DNA from: Phoronis australis
Taxonomy: Eukaryota; Animalia; Phoronida
Length of the DNA: 64,000 nucleotides
Reading direction: 5' to 3'
Assembly: GCA_002633005.1 (NCBI GenBank)
Contig: NMRA01000452.1
Coordinates: 1 to 64,000 of the forward strand
Part shown: in pieces, positions 12,301 through 26,400 of the stretch
Numbering within the stretch: the stretch's first letter is position 1
Layout: each line of letters opens with the position of its first letter
Notes under the pieces: generated by a model
Database searches by the model: none
Told to the model about the DNA's origin: nothing
Seen by the model: the letters and a program-made list of their open reading frames with translations, nothing else
Position numbers and translations under genes: made by a program

Positions 12301-14415
12301 GAGATGCTGTTACATTTCCTTAGTAATGTCTCTTTTGTGCATCCACATATATGTGGCGTCATCTTGTCACTCTTTCCTTTTGTACAGTTGTCCTGTGGCT
12401 AGCTCAAAAAAACCTGGTCACATCTTGATGAAATTTGCCACTTACATGTAAGTCATCGTTAAGCCAGTGCTTACATATTGCTGTTATTCTATTTAGATTT
12501 TAGAAAAATCTTTCTGTGCCTGTCTCCCTGTTTTGTTTAGTTGTGAAACATGAAGATAAACTCACTTGAAAAGCCTCAGTTAATCTGCTCCTTCTGTCAA
12601 AAATTTAATTTTAACTTCAGTCGACTTTTTGAAATTGGTCTCACCTTGTTACTTACTGGTTTGTAAAGAATTGCTTCAGACTGTAGTTATCAAGCAGTCT
12701 GTTAATTATGTCTGCTTAATTTCAGTTGTCAAGACTGTATGGCCTTCACAGGTTATGCCGACTTAAAACCAATTTCAGTTCTAACAAAAAAGAATAATGT
12801 TATTGCTTTAGGAGAGTTACCGGTAGCTGTTATGCCTGTGAAGTAAGGCGATGTTTTTAACATCAGAGTATGGTTTATTGAGTGGCTTTAAAATTTCAGT
12901 TATTTACTTTTATCAAGCAAGCTGAGGTTATTTGAAGGAAATTATGTCCTGCACTTCCACTGAACCGTTTAGTTTCATGTGAATGTTTAATCTCTATAGG
13001 AGTACCAGTCAAGTGTGACGAAAATCGTGGCTGGATGAGTATCAATGGTGCATGCTTCAGATTGGAGAATATCAGGGCAACTTGGGCAGAGGCCAGGTAA
13101 GGAGAATTGAGAATTCTGATGAGTAAGTAGAGTTGACTTATTGGCTTCTTCACCATGTGATAAAATGTAACATGTTCTTTAGCAAACAATATCGTGTGTC
13201 AGTGTCTATTAGTGCCCTCTGGAGGAGTAAAAGCTCCTCCTCCAGAGAGTACTAACAAGTACTACATTATTATTAGGTGGCAGCATGGTTATCCACTACA
13301 TGTGTCCTATCGCTGTTGATTTACAAAATTCTCAGATGTCATGATGTAAGTCACTGGCTTGTCAATTCCATTTTTTGTTTGTGTCAATCTTCTTAAAATG
13401 TCAGTTGTTGATTGGTTCTTCGTTAGAAACTCCGCCCAGTTGTTAGTACCTTGTGCTTTGTCAAGAGACATGTACAAGAACAATAGCATCATCAACTTTT
13501 GAAATCGTGAATAATGATTTAATATAAGGTTCTTTTTGAGTGGAGAAGAGCAATTTCAGCATTTAGCAATTTCGTCACATCTGTGAAATACTGCCTTAAA
13601 TAAATTGAACTATGGTTGAGTCTGAAACTGCTTCAAAAACGTTTACAGTTCAAATACATCGACAGTTCAAACAGGTCAATAGTTCAAATGCATCGACAGT
13701 TCAAACGCTTCGACATTTTTAACGTGTCATCAGTTCAAAGGTGTTGGAAGCGAACCACAATTGAACTCAATTCAACATTTAGATAAAAACCTCGGATACT
13801 TCTGGATGAAAGTCGCTCCATTTGATTTTAGTAACTCTTTGAAGCTTTTGGTGCTGGAACAAAGAGCGAGGAATGCTTATTAATAAGTGTGGATTATATT
13901 TTAGATTCAGACATTGATGTCTGGAATTGAGCCGAAACAGCATATATTTGAAAATGTAGTTTTGCATTCTGTTTTCTCAGAGAGTATTGCCACAACCAAA
14001 ATGCGGAGCTGGCCGCGCCAGTCACACCTATGCCAGAAGCTGGACTTGGGATTTACGATGTCGAGCAGCACATTCTAACGTCAATCGCATTAGCCAATCA
14101 CGAAAACATATGGCTCGGTGTTTATGGGAAACCCGAGGTGAGCTGACAGTTCTATACAATTATAACGAGATAGGAGTTCAAAGACGTAGACCTGCTTTTT
14201 TTCGCCAACAAAGTGCTGGTCCAAATTGATCTTGTGTTTTTAAAGTAAACATATACTTCCTATGGCAGAGTGACTTTTAGATTTTTGGTGAATCTTGTCA
14301 CCATTAAGTTAGCCCATTGCGTGGCCCAATAATTAAGGTATACAGCGCATGCTCACACTCACAAGACAGACTTATATTGTACCCACATGTACACACACGC
14401 AAGACCGACTTAATT

Positions 14416-14446
<31 letters not shown>

Positions 14447-17400
14447 CACACACTATAATGAACCCACAAGATATTGAAGGTGATATGCAAAAAAATTTTA
14501 GAGGTCTCATCAATGTATTTACCTCACAAGCGGAGCATGGTGTCTTGTAGATGACACCGCAAAAGCATCATTTTATGGAAATCAATTTGTATAACTCGTT
14601 CTGTATTTGAATGACGTGGCTTCAGGGTGACCAGACCGTCAGTTACTATACGACCTATGAATGGAAAATAGACGGCACTGCGTTGTCCTGGATGTGGCTG
14701 CCGGATGAGCCCAAGGTCAACTCGGTGAACAAGACATGCGTAGCTATGTCGTACACGTCTGATGTGGCAGACAGTAATTGGATGACGTTGCCGTGTCACT
14801 CAGAGAGGAAATTCGTTTGCAGGAAGTTGGAAGGTATGTAAATATGTAAATCTTGAACTGGCGTGGAAATATAGATCACAAACATTTTTAAGTCTGGTCT
14901 GCACGCCACCTGTAGGTCACGTGATGTGGCCGACAGGTGGCGCGCACACGAGACTTAAAAAATGTGAAGTTGGAAGGTATTTAAAGGGGCTGTAAACCCT
15001 CGCCCCGTCACAATTTTTTATTTATTTAGACAACTGCCAGTTTCAAATTATTCCTTCGTCAATTAGGTGTGGTTTGCGAGCTTGAAAAGAACCGACGATT
15101 CGTTATTACTTGATACCTGGCATGTCATTTTATTCTCCTTGTATGACCTTGAGGAATAAAAAACTTCCAGTACTTCAAAGGATCAAATATCACTTCTTAT
15201 CTTATCAAGGAACAAGTTGAGACCAACTGTGGAACCTGAGGATCTACTCCCTGACATAGTGAGGAAGGGTTTCAGCTGAACAATAACATGGTCTTTTATG
15301 TCTTGTTTGTTTGTAAGTTGCAGACTGAATCAATTTTTAGTGGAATCACTGAAGCAGGGTGCTCCATCCCTAGGATGTCTGGTGGTGAACTGTGGCAATA
15401 AAAGTCAAAACACAGCAACTCAATATTGACAACAATTACAAATAATTTTAGACAGATTCATGCGCGCACCCGGGAGGGCTCGAATTTGGCGAAGTGGACA
15501 AAAAGATCCGCCTCAGAGAAACAAGAAGTCCTAGAAAATGAGACAAAAAGTCCACCAAAATGGCGCAAAGGCACAATTGACAGCTCTGGACGTGGTGTCC
15601 CATTTTTTATTTTTTAATTAGTCCTATGGCTTTTTTGTCGGTAAAAGTCCCCGTCATTGGAAATTCGGGCCCCCCCCATTATAAAAGACTGGGTAAGCGC
15701 ATGAGATTAGGTCTATAGTGCCTGAAACATGAAGGAAGGGGTTGTAAGGGGAATGTGAGAGAGTGGGACCATACAGACAATGTTCCTTCGAGCAACAAAC
15801 TTTATATGAAGTTCGCGACTAGTTACGTCCTATCTCGTTGAAAGTGATTCAGAAATAGGATGAAGAGCAATTTTAAAATGCCTTGTTACAAATTGGTTAT
15901 GTCATTTTATGTCTTTCCAGGTACATGCCCAGGTGGCTGGCGAACATTCCAGGACCGCTGCTACTTGTTTGAAGCCAAAAAGAAACTGCCTTGGAATGAG
16001 GCGCAGGATTACTGTCTGTCCATGGACGCTAATCTCTTAACTATTCGGGAGTACGTCGCCTTTGTGAAGCTTTATTTGTGTTACATTGTCACTGATTTGT
16101 CGATTTTCTGATTACTTGAGTGTCCTACATTTTACAAAAAAAATGACATGTTTTCACATAATTATGTTTCTAAAATTGCTGTAGTTCAGTTAGCAAATAG
16201 TAAATGTATGTGCGTTAATAGTCAAGTAATTCCTGATACCTCGGTTGTGAAATATGTATACTACACATCTGAAAAAGCAACAGCTTGTGTATTGCTGACA
16301 AGGGTGCATAGCATTCCAGTGAACTTGTTTATATGTTGTACTTTGGGCCGATGTCCATGCGTACAAAGAATGCTTTAATTACTTAGTACCTTGTAAGGAT
16401 TTTTGACCATGTTGTTTGACCACAAACTTTCCCGTTGGATCATAATTTCCATCTCCATCATCACTAGAGACTGTGGGCAATACCAGTTCGACCTAAAATA
16501 CATTCCCTTAATTTGCTGAACCTCTGCACTAATTTGATTTTTGATCTTTACCAGTCTGATGTTATGTAGTTATGATGGCCATGTCTTTTACGCAAAAGGC
16601 AGCAAATAATGTGTGTCATTAGCAAAACACTGGTGTCAACAACATTACCAAATTTTGTTAAATGTTGAAGTTGAAATCTCAAAAACATTCATTTCTGTTA
16701 CAGTTTCTAATTATCATTTCGTTTCATGCAACTTTTGAATAAGTCCGCTTTTTGACAGCCCTTTATACAAAAGTGGAACATTTAAAACTAATGCCTCAGT
16801 GCCTTTTGGGAACAGTGCATAACTCATAGTATCTGAAAATAGTTCTTATAGCTCCGATCCAATATGGTGTTCCGAAATTGGGCCAAATTTGAACATTTTT
16901 CAAGTGTTCTAAATAACCTCAACATCAGAATTATGTGGTGTGAATGTGTTGGAGAGCTTAGTGGGGAGCAGTGTTCAGCACTGGCCTACTTATCCTTGCA
17001 TCTTTTTAAAACCTAATGTCTTTGTTTCAGCGAGGAACAGCAATACTTTCTGATTGACCAGATGAGAGATCTACGCCAGGATGGAGTGGACGGTATATGG
17101 CTGTCCGCCAGTGGTACGTCTTAGCACCTTTTGTTTGCAGGTTTCAAAATAGAATTCCGGTGGCTTGCAAGTTTTCTTTGTAAAATTAGATTAGTTTCCC
17201 TTGGCACAACTGATGATAAAATATATTGGTGACTGAAAGTACTTTATCTGACTAAATTAACTGTTCAATATTCTGGCACTCAGGATATTTTAAGTGCAGC
17301 CTAACCTCTTGCATTACAATTTAGTCTTGTCTCACATTTGATTAAGTATTGTTGGTTGAAATGTCCCTCAATACCCTTTTTGGTTTAAAACTACCTGTGC

Positions 17401-20400
17401 CACACAATCACTATGAGTTGATTTGCATACTGGCTACTTAATTTCATTAAGACATTGTAGAGTTGCGCAAATGATGTGGAGATGAGGTGAGGTTGCAATA
17501 GGTGCAATGTGATGATCAGTCGTTGAAAGCTCTATGACTTGCCCTGACACTGTCATTCTTTACTAACTACAGATGTCCTCAAGGATGGAGAGTTTGTTTG
17601 GTGGTATAAGGTCGAAAACATTACTGGCGAAGTCTACTACAAGAATTGGTATACTGGCCAACCCAATAACACCGTTGGCGAGACAGACTGTGCTTATATT
17701 AATGTGGGTAAGTTGTTGACTGAAAAGTTGATATTTTAGTAACTGCTTTCTGAATTACAGAGGAACAATCCAGTTTTTTTATTGTTGATGAGGATAAGAC
17801 ACTTGATTTTCACCAAGAATGACACACGCAATATCTTCGGTTCTTATCTTAAGCTAATCTTGCATTTTTCTGGTGCACAAATTTGTGTGTTTCTCAGTCA
17901 GTTAATGACATTTGACCGACTGATCTGATTGGAGCGTGGGTGTGGTGGCTTCGGATTGTTCGTAGTAACCCATATTCAGTTACTAGATTTAAGTCACGTG
18001 CTATTTTAAATTGTGTACAAACCCTAGGATTGAAGAAGTTATATGTGAATTGTTTAATGACAATACTAATGCATTTTGTAGGAACGCTTGATGCCACTTG
18101 GGGCGCCACCAATAACTGTGAACAATCATTTGGCGTGGTGTGTACGAGAGAAACCTTCTCACCCTTCATCAAACACACCACTACTCCTAGTAAGTTTACA
18201 GACAGCCCGGTGGTGCGGCTAAATTAACTGTTTTGTTTTGATACATGTTTGATTTGAGTCAAGTACACCAACAGAGTCATGGTCAAACCTGAGGATTTCT
18301 AGTGTGTTGCCGCCGCTATACTGACAGACACAATCATGGAGCTCTTTTCCAATCTCAGGGAATTCTGAATCTGTTAAAATTGGTAACGCTAACTCACCTT
18401 ATTAAAGACTGCATAGTACAGTACAGTACAGTACAGTACAGTACAGTACAGTACAGTACAAGACAAAAGTAATCGAACAAAATACCGTTTCCACATCATG
18501 ATGGCTTATTCTGTTTACAGCAAAAAGGGCATTATGGGTTAATAGTCACCTTACTAACTTTCTTGTTTATCTCACTTTGTTCTTAGTCACATGGGAAGAC
18601 TGTTCTGGTGATGAATTCGGTTTCCTCCTCTGATGTTGTGATGGGAAATTCTGTGTCCTTTTGTCTGAATACTTGTAGTGTGTACTGTGTCTACCTCCGT
18701 GCTGGGTGTTTTTATAGATGACACTTTGTATTGTTTATTGACATTCCACACCAAGTAACGTATGCCATACTATGACCACTGATGTTGTTAACAACACAAT
18801 AGGTAAAATGTCTACTTGATGGATTTATCAGAAGCATTTGACAGCATTCACCAAGTAGTACTATTACCTCATTACGGTAATCATCAGCAATGTACACCTG
18901 TCTGTTACCTCATTATGTTAATACTCAGGGGTGTACACCTGTCCGGACAACTACAAATTAAAGGGTGCTTCCTGCTACATGTTTAGCGAGGTTCGGAAAA
19001 CTTGGTACAGTGCCAAGAAGGACTGCGAGGCAGAGGATGCCCAACTGGTGAAAATCGAAACGCAAGATGAATTGGATTTTGTTAGTCGTATGTATAGCTC
19101 TGTAAAGGCATTCTGTTATAAACGTTTTTTGGCAGCAAATGATTAAAAGGGACATCATCATTGTTGCAGTTGGAAAATACAATTTTAGTATTATTATGGA
19201 ATGGAATAGACTTTTTTGAAGTTATTAGCTTTGACAAGAGCTATGAAACATCAAGATCGATTGTATTTGTATAATTTTATTAAAATTCTAGAATTTTTGC
19301 CATGGTCTGCCAGACATTCACCAAAATCAAGGCCATGTCTTTACTGTTTAAGGACACCTTGCTCTCATTTAATTTCAGTGTTTAGTTTGATCATCAAAAA
19401 AGCAATCAAAACAATTTTGCTCGGTTTGCTTTCAAAATATTGAAATTGTCTTTATTGGATAAATTTTACAGAAATGGAATCTGACAATGCTTGGATTGGG
19501 CTGAACGACAGAACACTGGAGGGACAGTTTGTGTGGAGCAGTGACTCAACGGTGAGCTGGTTTAATTCAAGACGTGCATTTTTTGTTGACATGAATATGG
19601 CATGGTGGTGATTGAACTTTTACACTGTCATGGGAAACTTGGGAGTTGACATGAGTTTGTTGTTATGGTATCAGTTAAGATATTAAAATAACATGATGAC
19701 TGTACATTACTTTTTCTTCAAAATTAATCGGATATGGTTTTAGGCTAATGCGTATTAATGGTCCACCTTGATTTGAACTATGACATTTGAACTATGACAT
19801 TTGCCCCATTGGGAATGCAGTGGTGTTGCATACTTGAGGAGATACAGCCTCCAAGACCTACTCTAGGAAAGAAATTGGGATTGTGCGGTGGAACACGCTG
19901 TTCATAACTTTTCGAAAATTGTTCCATAGTTTTTTTGTGTCTCCTTATACCCAACGTGTCTCCTTATACCCAATATGTCTCCATATACACAGTGTGTCTG
20001 AAGGAAATACTGCTGCTAAGTATCTGTGTCAAGGGTCGCATTTTAGAACTCAGAACTATTAACCATTCATCACGCATTATTTAATTTCAAATTTGTAAGC
20101 TGTCTAGAAGCGTGCGTGCTATTGGTCAGTTTTTAAGTTTGGCTACAGACCGTGGGTGGGTACAAAACTTTGTGATGAATTTACCCAGACTGCCACGTTT
20201 ACCAGTTGGGCTCCTGGGAAGCCCACCAATGACAGCCTGAAGAATTGTGTCATGACCCGTGGCACCGGTGACCTGCGAGGTCAGTGGAGCGATGAGCTGT
20301 GCGACGAACGCGTTCGATACATATGTGAGAAGTCTGCAACTACTGGTGATGTGATTGGTGGACACACTATGTCACGTAAGATGACTTGAATCTTAATAAC

Positions 20401-23400
20401 GTACTCTTTAATAATCGTAAGCAGATTTAGGTGACCCGTGTGGACATGGCCATAAAAATGCTGCCAGTTAGCTGTTTTTGCCTGTTGGATATTTTCATTT
20501 AAAAATTGTGGTTGGTACCCTTCCCCTTGAGTCATCGAAAATCTAATTGTGATAGTGACTGTCTTTTAAAAGTCATCTTTTGCATTCATCATTAATAGAT
20601 ACTTGCTGTGCCTTGTTTTCACTTTAAACAAACTCTTAGACGTGTTGATTTGTGGCTGGGTTTGCTGAAGTGGAAACATGTTTGTGATATTTAGGCACTC
20701 AAAACCCCTTCGATGTAATTTGAAAACGGGAACATAACCATTCGTTTCCAGCTTGTTGACCCTTGGCATGAGAACAGTTAAAGTTAGATAATTATATAGA
20801 ATTGATTGAGTGCTGTTGCAGTCCAGCTCTTTGAATCACTGCAGCTAATGACGGAAATGGGGAGGCAAAATAGTTAGCCAAAAATTTTGCTTCAAAGATT
20901 TGAAGATTTTCAAAGAGAAGAAATAGCATATCATCTTTTCTGAAGACTACAGTAACTGTATTGACTGTCATGTTGTTTGCTTGTTTCCATAGCAACCTGG
21001 AGCGCAGCCTGTGGTCCCTTCTGGGAGCACGTGCCACTCAATGACATGTGTTACCAAATCAACGTGGAGCTACTGACGTGGAAGGATGCGCGTAGTGCCT
21101 GTCAGCACCACGGTGGTGACCTCTTGAGTATTACCAGCGTTGAGGAACAGTATTATGTCAAAGGTTTGTGTTTGGCTAATCAGGCCTGGGGATTGAACCT
21201 TGGCCGCTCACCCTGAGGTAAAACTACACACAGTCGAACTAACGACACCCCAGGGGGCTCTGTGTGCGTAGTTCTTGCTTTCTGCGGTGATTTTTTTGGA
21301 AGGTGGTCACGGTTGTAACCTTGTAATCAGTGTCCCGTGGTAAGGTTTGCATTACCACCACCACTATTGGGTGCCACTGAATAGCAGGAACATAAACGCT
21401 ACTACTTGTTTAAAAAAAAATCAGTTTGTAATGATCATAAGTCTTGTCACATTCTTTGGTGTATGAAAATAACAGTGCTGCCATCTGAGGGATCAATTGC
21501 TAATTCCGTCGCCAAGCAACACCTGTTTTCTTACCACCTGGTGATCAAAATTAGTGAACATAGCTTATGCGCTACGCTCGAGCGTTAAAATAAGCTCACC
21601 TGTCACATTGCAAGGTTAGTTTGGAATCTTGAATCAAACTGAGCCAAAAAGATTGAAAATATTGTTCAGGCTTGAAAAATATTTTTCAGGCTTGAACTAT
21701 AATGTTCAAGCTTGAGTAATATTGACCAAGCGTGAATAAAACTTGATAATTGCTGTAAGGATTGTTGAAACCTAAGGAATATAATGCCGCAAGAATGTGT
21801 TTTTAAGCTTTGCAGATTTCAATCGTTCATTTGAAGTCTGTGCAGTTTATTATCACCACTCATACATGACGCATATCTCTGCAGGCCGACTAACACGAAG
21901 AACCGGAGGCACCCATCTGTGGATTGGTGCAGCTGAGTTTGACAAGGGCTGGCAGTGGGCCGACGATGCTGCCATGGCTTATTTTAATTGGGCCTCTGGT
22001 GAGCCTGACGATCAGTATACAGAGGGGCGTGACTGTGCCAAGATGTCTCTCACCCTCGGAAAATGGTTCGATGAGGATTGCAGCAGACGATATGGCTTCA
22101 TCTGCAAGAAGAAAGGTAAAGACATTGAAAAAACAAAATTTTACAAGTCAGCGCTTTGTTTTGTTTATGTTTATGTTTTGTTTTAGTACACCGTCTGATA
22201 GATGGTAGTATGGCAGACTATTTAAAGTTTAGTTTACAAATTTTTCATAATTTAAAAATAAACATTTATAAGACAGTTCAGAGCATGCATTCCATGTGAC
22301 ATGGCGATTCTCTGCGACAAAACTTGCTTGCCTGAAATTTTGTCGCATTTTGAGAGCAGTTCTAACATAAGTGTATGGTAATCTGCTGAGCCAAGTAGGC
22401 TGTTAGTGGTTTGTTGGGTTTTGCTGCATCAAGTTGTTGATCCTTTTTTCAGGAATTGTAAAATTGTGGAATTCACTTTTTTATTGTCTAAGTATTGGCC
22501 CAGATCGTTATAAGTAACAAATATTGTTTCGCATATATGACAAAAACAAAGTGAATGTGACTTTTTCATGCAAACAGCACAAAAATGCCGGCTGCAACAA
22601 TTGAGACTTCGCTGTGATAGTTTGAAAGTACTGAGGTGTGACAAATTGTGACTTGCCATTAAACATGACTCCATAATGTATGAGTTTTTCTGACTGTATT
22701 ATCAGCATGGTCTGTGTTGTATTTCAGCTGCTCCTCTGACCACAGGTGCACCCACGACACCGCCACCTACAGTGAAACCAGGTAACTATTTCTGCTTGGC
22801 TAATTGTCATTTCTCCTTTGTTGGTGCATTCGAGAACTGTGGTAACTAAATGTCACTCTCAAGACTGATGCCATAGACACTTATGTGTTGGACAAGGTTT
22901 GTGTGCTAAACAACATGTAGTTTAGACACTTATGTGTTGGACAAGGTTTGTGTGCTAAACAACATGTAGTTGTTGAGTAACATCCCTTGTTGTGCATACA
23001 GTGTTGTCATAAGGTGCTGAAAAGGAAGAGAAGGAAGTGGGTGTTCATTTTGGGGTTCTACAGGGTGGAATAATTAGTTTTAGACCATCTGAGTGCTAAC
23101 TTATTTTGAGAGTTTTCGAGTTCTGACATTGGCATTTGATTTAAAAAATTCAAAGCGATCTCTGCACTTTTTTGAAAAGTGAAACACCATGGTGACTAGT
23201 TGGTTGACAATGTTAGTGAAATATGTCCTTAAAGACTACTGATTGGTCACAGAGGTAAATTTGGTTGCTACTAACTATTATGTTGAGCAAGACTCTGCGT
23301 ACCCAGGTGACATAAATTATCAAATGTAGTAAACAGTTTGGCTCATTAAGATTTCATTTGTTTAGTACAAGGATCCTTATATAGTATTCTATTCAGACCA

Positions 23401-26400
23401 TTACTCAATACAACTACTTTATACCTTTTGTTGTTTGTCCTTTATTCTCCTGCTGATGGAATATGGCTCAAAAATGTTATTTCCTGTGTCATTTGGCGAG
23501 TGATTAAATCATGTTTTCTTATGTTGCTATATTCATTCTTTAAAGTATGGTTGGGACTGTCTAGGTACCTCAATGCATCTAGAAAAAAAACATTCAAGGA
23601 AGGCATTAAGCTTTAATTTAAAAATAGTTTTCCTTAATAACAATCGTAAGTGTCCGTTTTTAGTGACCACGTGTGCTGAAGGCTCAGCCTACGAGTGTGC
23701 AAAGTTCTCACGCGGCTCTCCACGTAGATGCTCTCCGGACTGTGATGTGCAAGCCTCTAGTTACTTCAGCCCGGGCACATGTTATGGCCCTGGTCATGAG
23801 AAAGCAGGCTGCTGCTATAAGTGCTACAAAGAGTGTACACCTTGCCCTGGTAAATTATGTGAAACTTTTATCACTTAAAGAGTCAACAATTTGGCGTACA
23901 TCCAACATATTCATCTTGACCTAAACGACACCGCCATAACTAAATAGCCATTTCTTTTTGCCTAGAACACGTTACAGTTTTGGCAAATCCTCGACACAAT
24001 CTCGACAAGTGTGGCTCCAATCCCACAACAACAAGGTTTTCACGTCTGTTTACAAAAAAGAATTATCGGTTAGGCGCTGTAACGACACATTAAACTCTGG
24101 ACTAAAGCTTGACAAAAATGCCATTTTCTGACAAATGCCAAATAAGTTTGGTGAAAAGTTCAATTTTGGCAGAGTCTGACGGAATTCTGTCTAAAGTCTG
24201 TTTAGATCGTTTTGAAAAGTACTGTAGGTCTCACTGTCGAAATGTAAATGAAGAATTTAGTCTGTCTAGAAGCTTTCAAAAACCCTGACAATTTCTGCTT
24301 GTCTGAAATTGGATAATTTATAAAAAAAAATTCCAGATAATTTTGAATGGTGTAGTGTCTCGGTTTGCTTTCCTTTTATGTTTCTGCAATAACTTTTGAT
24401 AAAACAAGTTTCTAACTTTTTTTGAAAGTTCTACTATTTGACAGACTTGGTTATAACTGCTGTCAATGGGATTATTTTTATGGAAAGTCATCTAGTACAC
24501 TCATCATAATTGCCTGGATCTTGATCAAAAATTTTAAATATACTAATGATAATTTCTTAAAAACTCAAATCTATGCCAGTCCATTCTCAACATAGAGAGC
24601 CAGTTACAATTTGTTGCCTCGTAGTTTTATGGTCATTCTTGTAAAACAAGCCATATGTAAATTATATACATGATGATTGACACACTTGGTCAGTTTATCG
24701 TAATTTCAAACTGACCAGCTGTTAGGAAATAAAAGAATTGATCTTAGCTCGGCCACTTTGATCGCCAACATTTTTAGTGTCTGAAATATATTGTAATGAC
24801 CTCATCATTAGTTTCACTACAAACAGAGCTTTAAGTGTTTCAGTGGGACATTGTATTTTAGTTTGAAGTCTTTTCTTGCAGTCTCATTTTTGAAGTGAAA
24901 AATAATGTAGAACGTGACTGAAGTATAAACAAGTTTTCATACTGTTGCTAGGCAACCTAATGGGTTGTCAAAATGGTTGGATTGGCTTTGGTGACCACTG
25001 CTATAAGGTGGAGACTGCCCAAGTTGACTGGGAGGAGGCACGTTACCGTTGTCTGTCCACAGGGGGCGACCTGGCCAGTGTGGATGACAGCAACCAGCAG
25101 CATTTTCTCATCAGCCGTTTCCCTCAAGGTAACGCCACCTGTTGTAGTTTTATGGCAATGCGGATTTGATCTCAAGTTTCGTGCGCTTTGGGAGAGCCAA
25201 AATCTTCGCAGGTTCAAACTAACATAAATCATGCTTGAGGTGGTGGTATTAATGCTTTTTTGCCTCAAAAAGCTGTAGACCTGAAGAAGCATAAGTTATT
25301 TACAAGTTGAGACTGTATTTTACTGACACCAAAAAATATTGCCCGTGACACCTCCGTGTGTGCAGTTATTTCAAGTGGGACTAAAAGACCATTTGAGGTA
25401 TTGCTTTTTCTGAAAAGCGAATAATCAAAATATAGAATACAATGAAATAATGATTCTAGTTGTGAATACGTACGTCCAATTTCACTTCAAGCTATATGCT
25501 CTCATAGTGTTCTGTGCAGAAAGTATGGATGGGTTTCACTTGTTGCAAATTTATGTTTGACATATGTTATCACGCCTTTTATTTCGTTCGTAGTGAATTG
25601 CACTGCTTGACTTCAGTTGTGAAAATGAAGAAAATTTCCCCAGTATGCACTTCACATATTCAATACATAAATTAAATTGTGATGTACCTTATGATCTATA
25701 AGTACCAAGTTTGTTATATGACATCCAAATTTTATCTTATTTTTAGTCATTGGGCTTAGTGTACATCTTTTGTCTAACTCTCGCAGTCTTTGTGTAATAT
25801 TATTGTATAACTTTCATTGTGTTTCTGTTGCCCTCAATGGATGTTAACGAATAAAAACTGAAATGAAAGCTCATGGTAGATGTGTTCTTGTAGAAGTGAT
25901 TACTGGCTCTGGCAACAAGATCATATGGATAGGTCTTCATGACTTCAAGGGGGAGAACACGTTTACTTGGAGTGACAACAGTCGGGTGACGTACACTCGA
26001 TGGGCTCGTCATGAGCCAGACAACTTGGACACTCGCCGTTGTGTCTCCATGAATACAGTGAGTGACATCTATTGTTTAGTGGGAGACTTACAATGAGTGA
26101 CATCTATTGTCTAGTGAAGGAGTTATGTTAGTACAGTTGCCGTGGTTATGTTGTTCTAATTCTGTGTGGAATTGTTGATGATTTTCCAAACTATTGAGGT
26201 GAATATTTGATTGAAAAATCAAAAGTTTTTTCTCGTTCTTTGTATTAATGTAAGGATTCATATTTCTTGGTCGTCCATTGCCTTGTGAAGTCGCTAGATA
26301 CATGAATGTACCAACAATGTGGTATTATAAGTTTACCTTGCTTACAATGGTTATCATCAGAAAGGCTTGTGAGTTCACCTGTGGTTCATATTAAGCAGGC

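Noticed and set aside
13209-13255. Strong hairpin as a terminator or miRNA precursor
   Set aside because: Too short for a pre-miRNA, and intrinsic terminators do not apply here; most likely a repeat-element subterminal palindrome.
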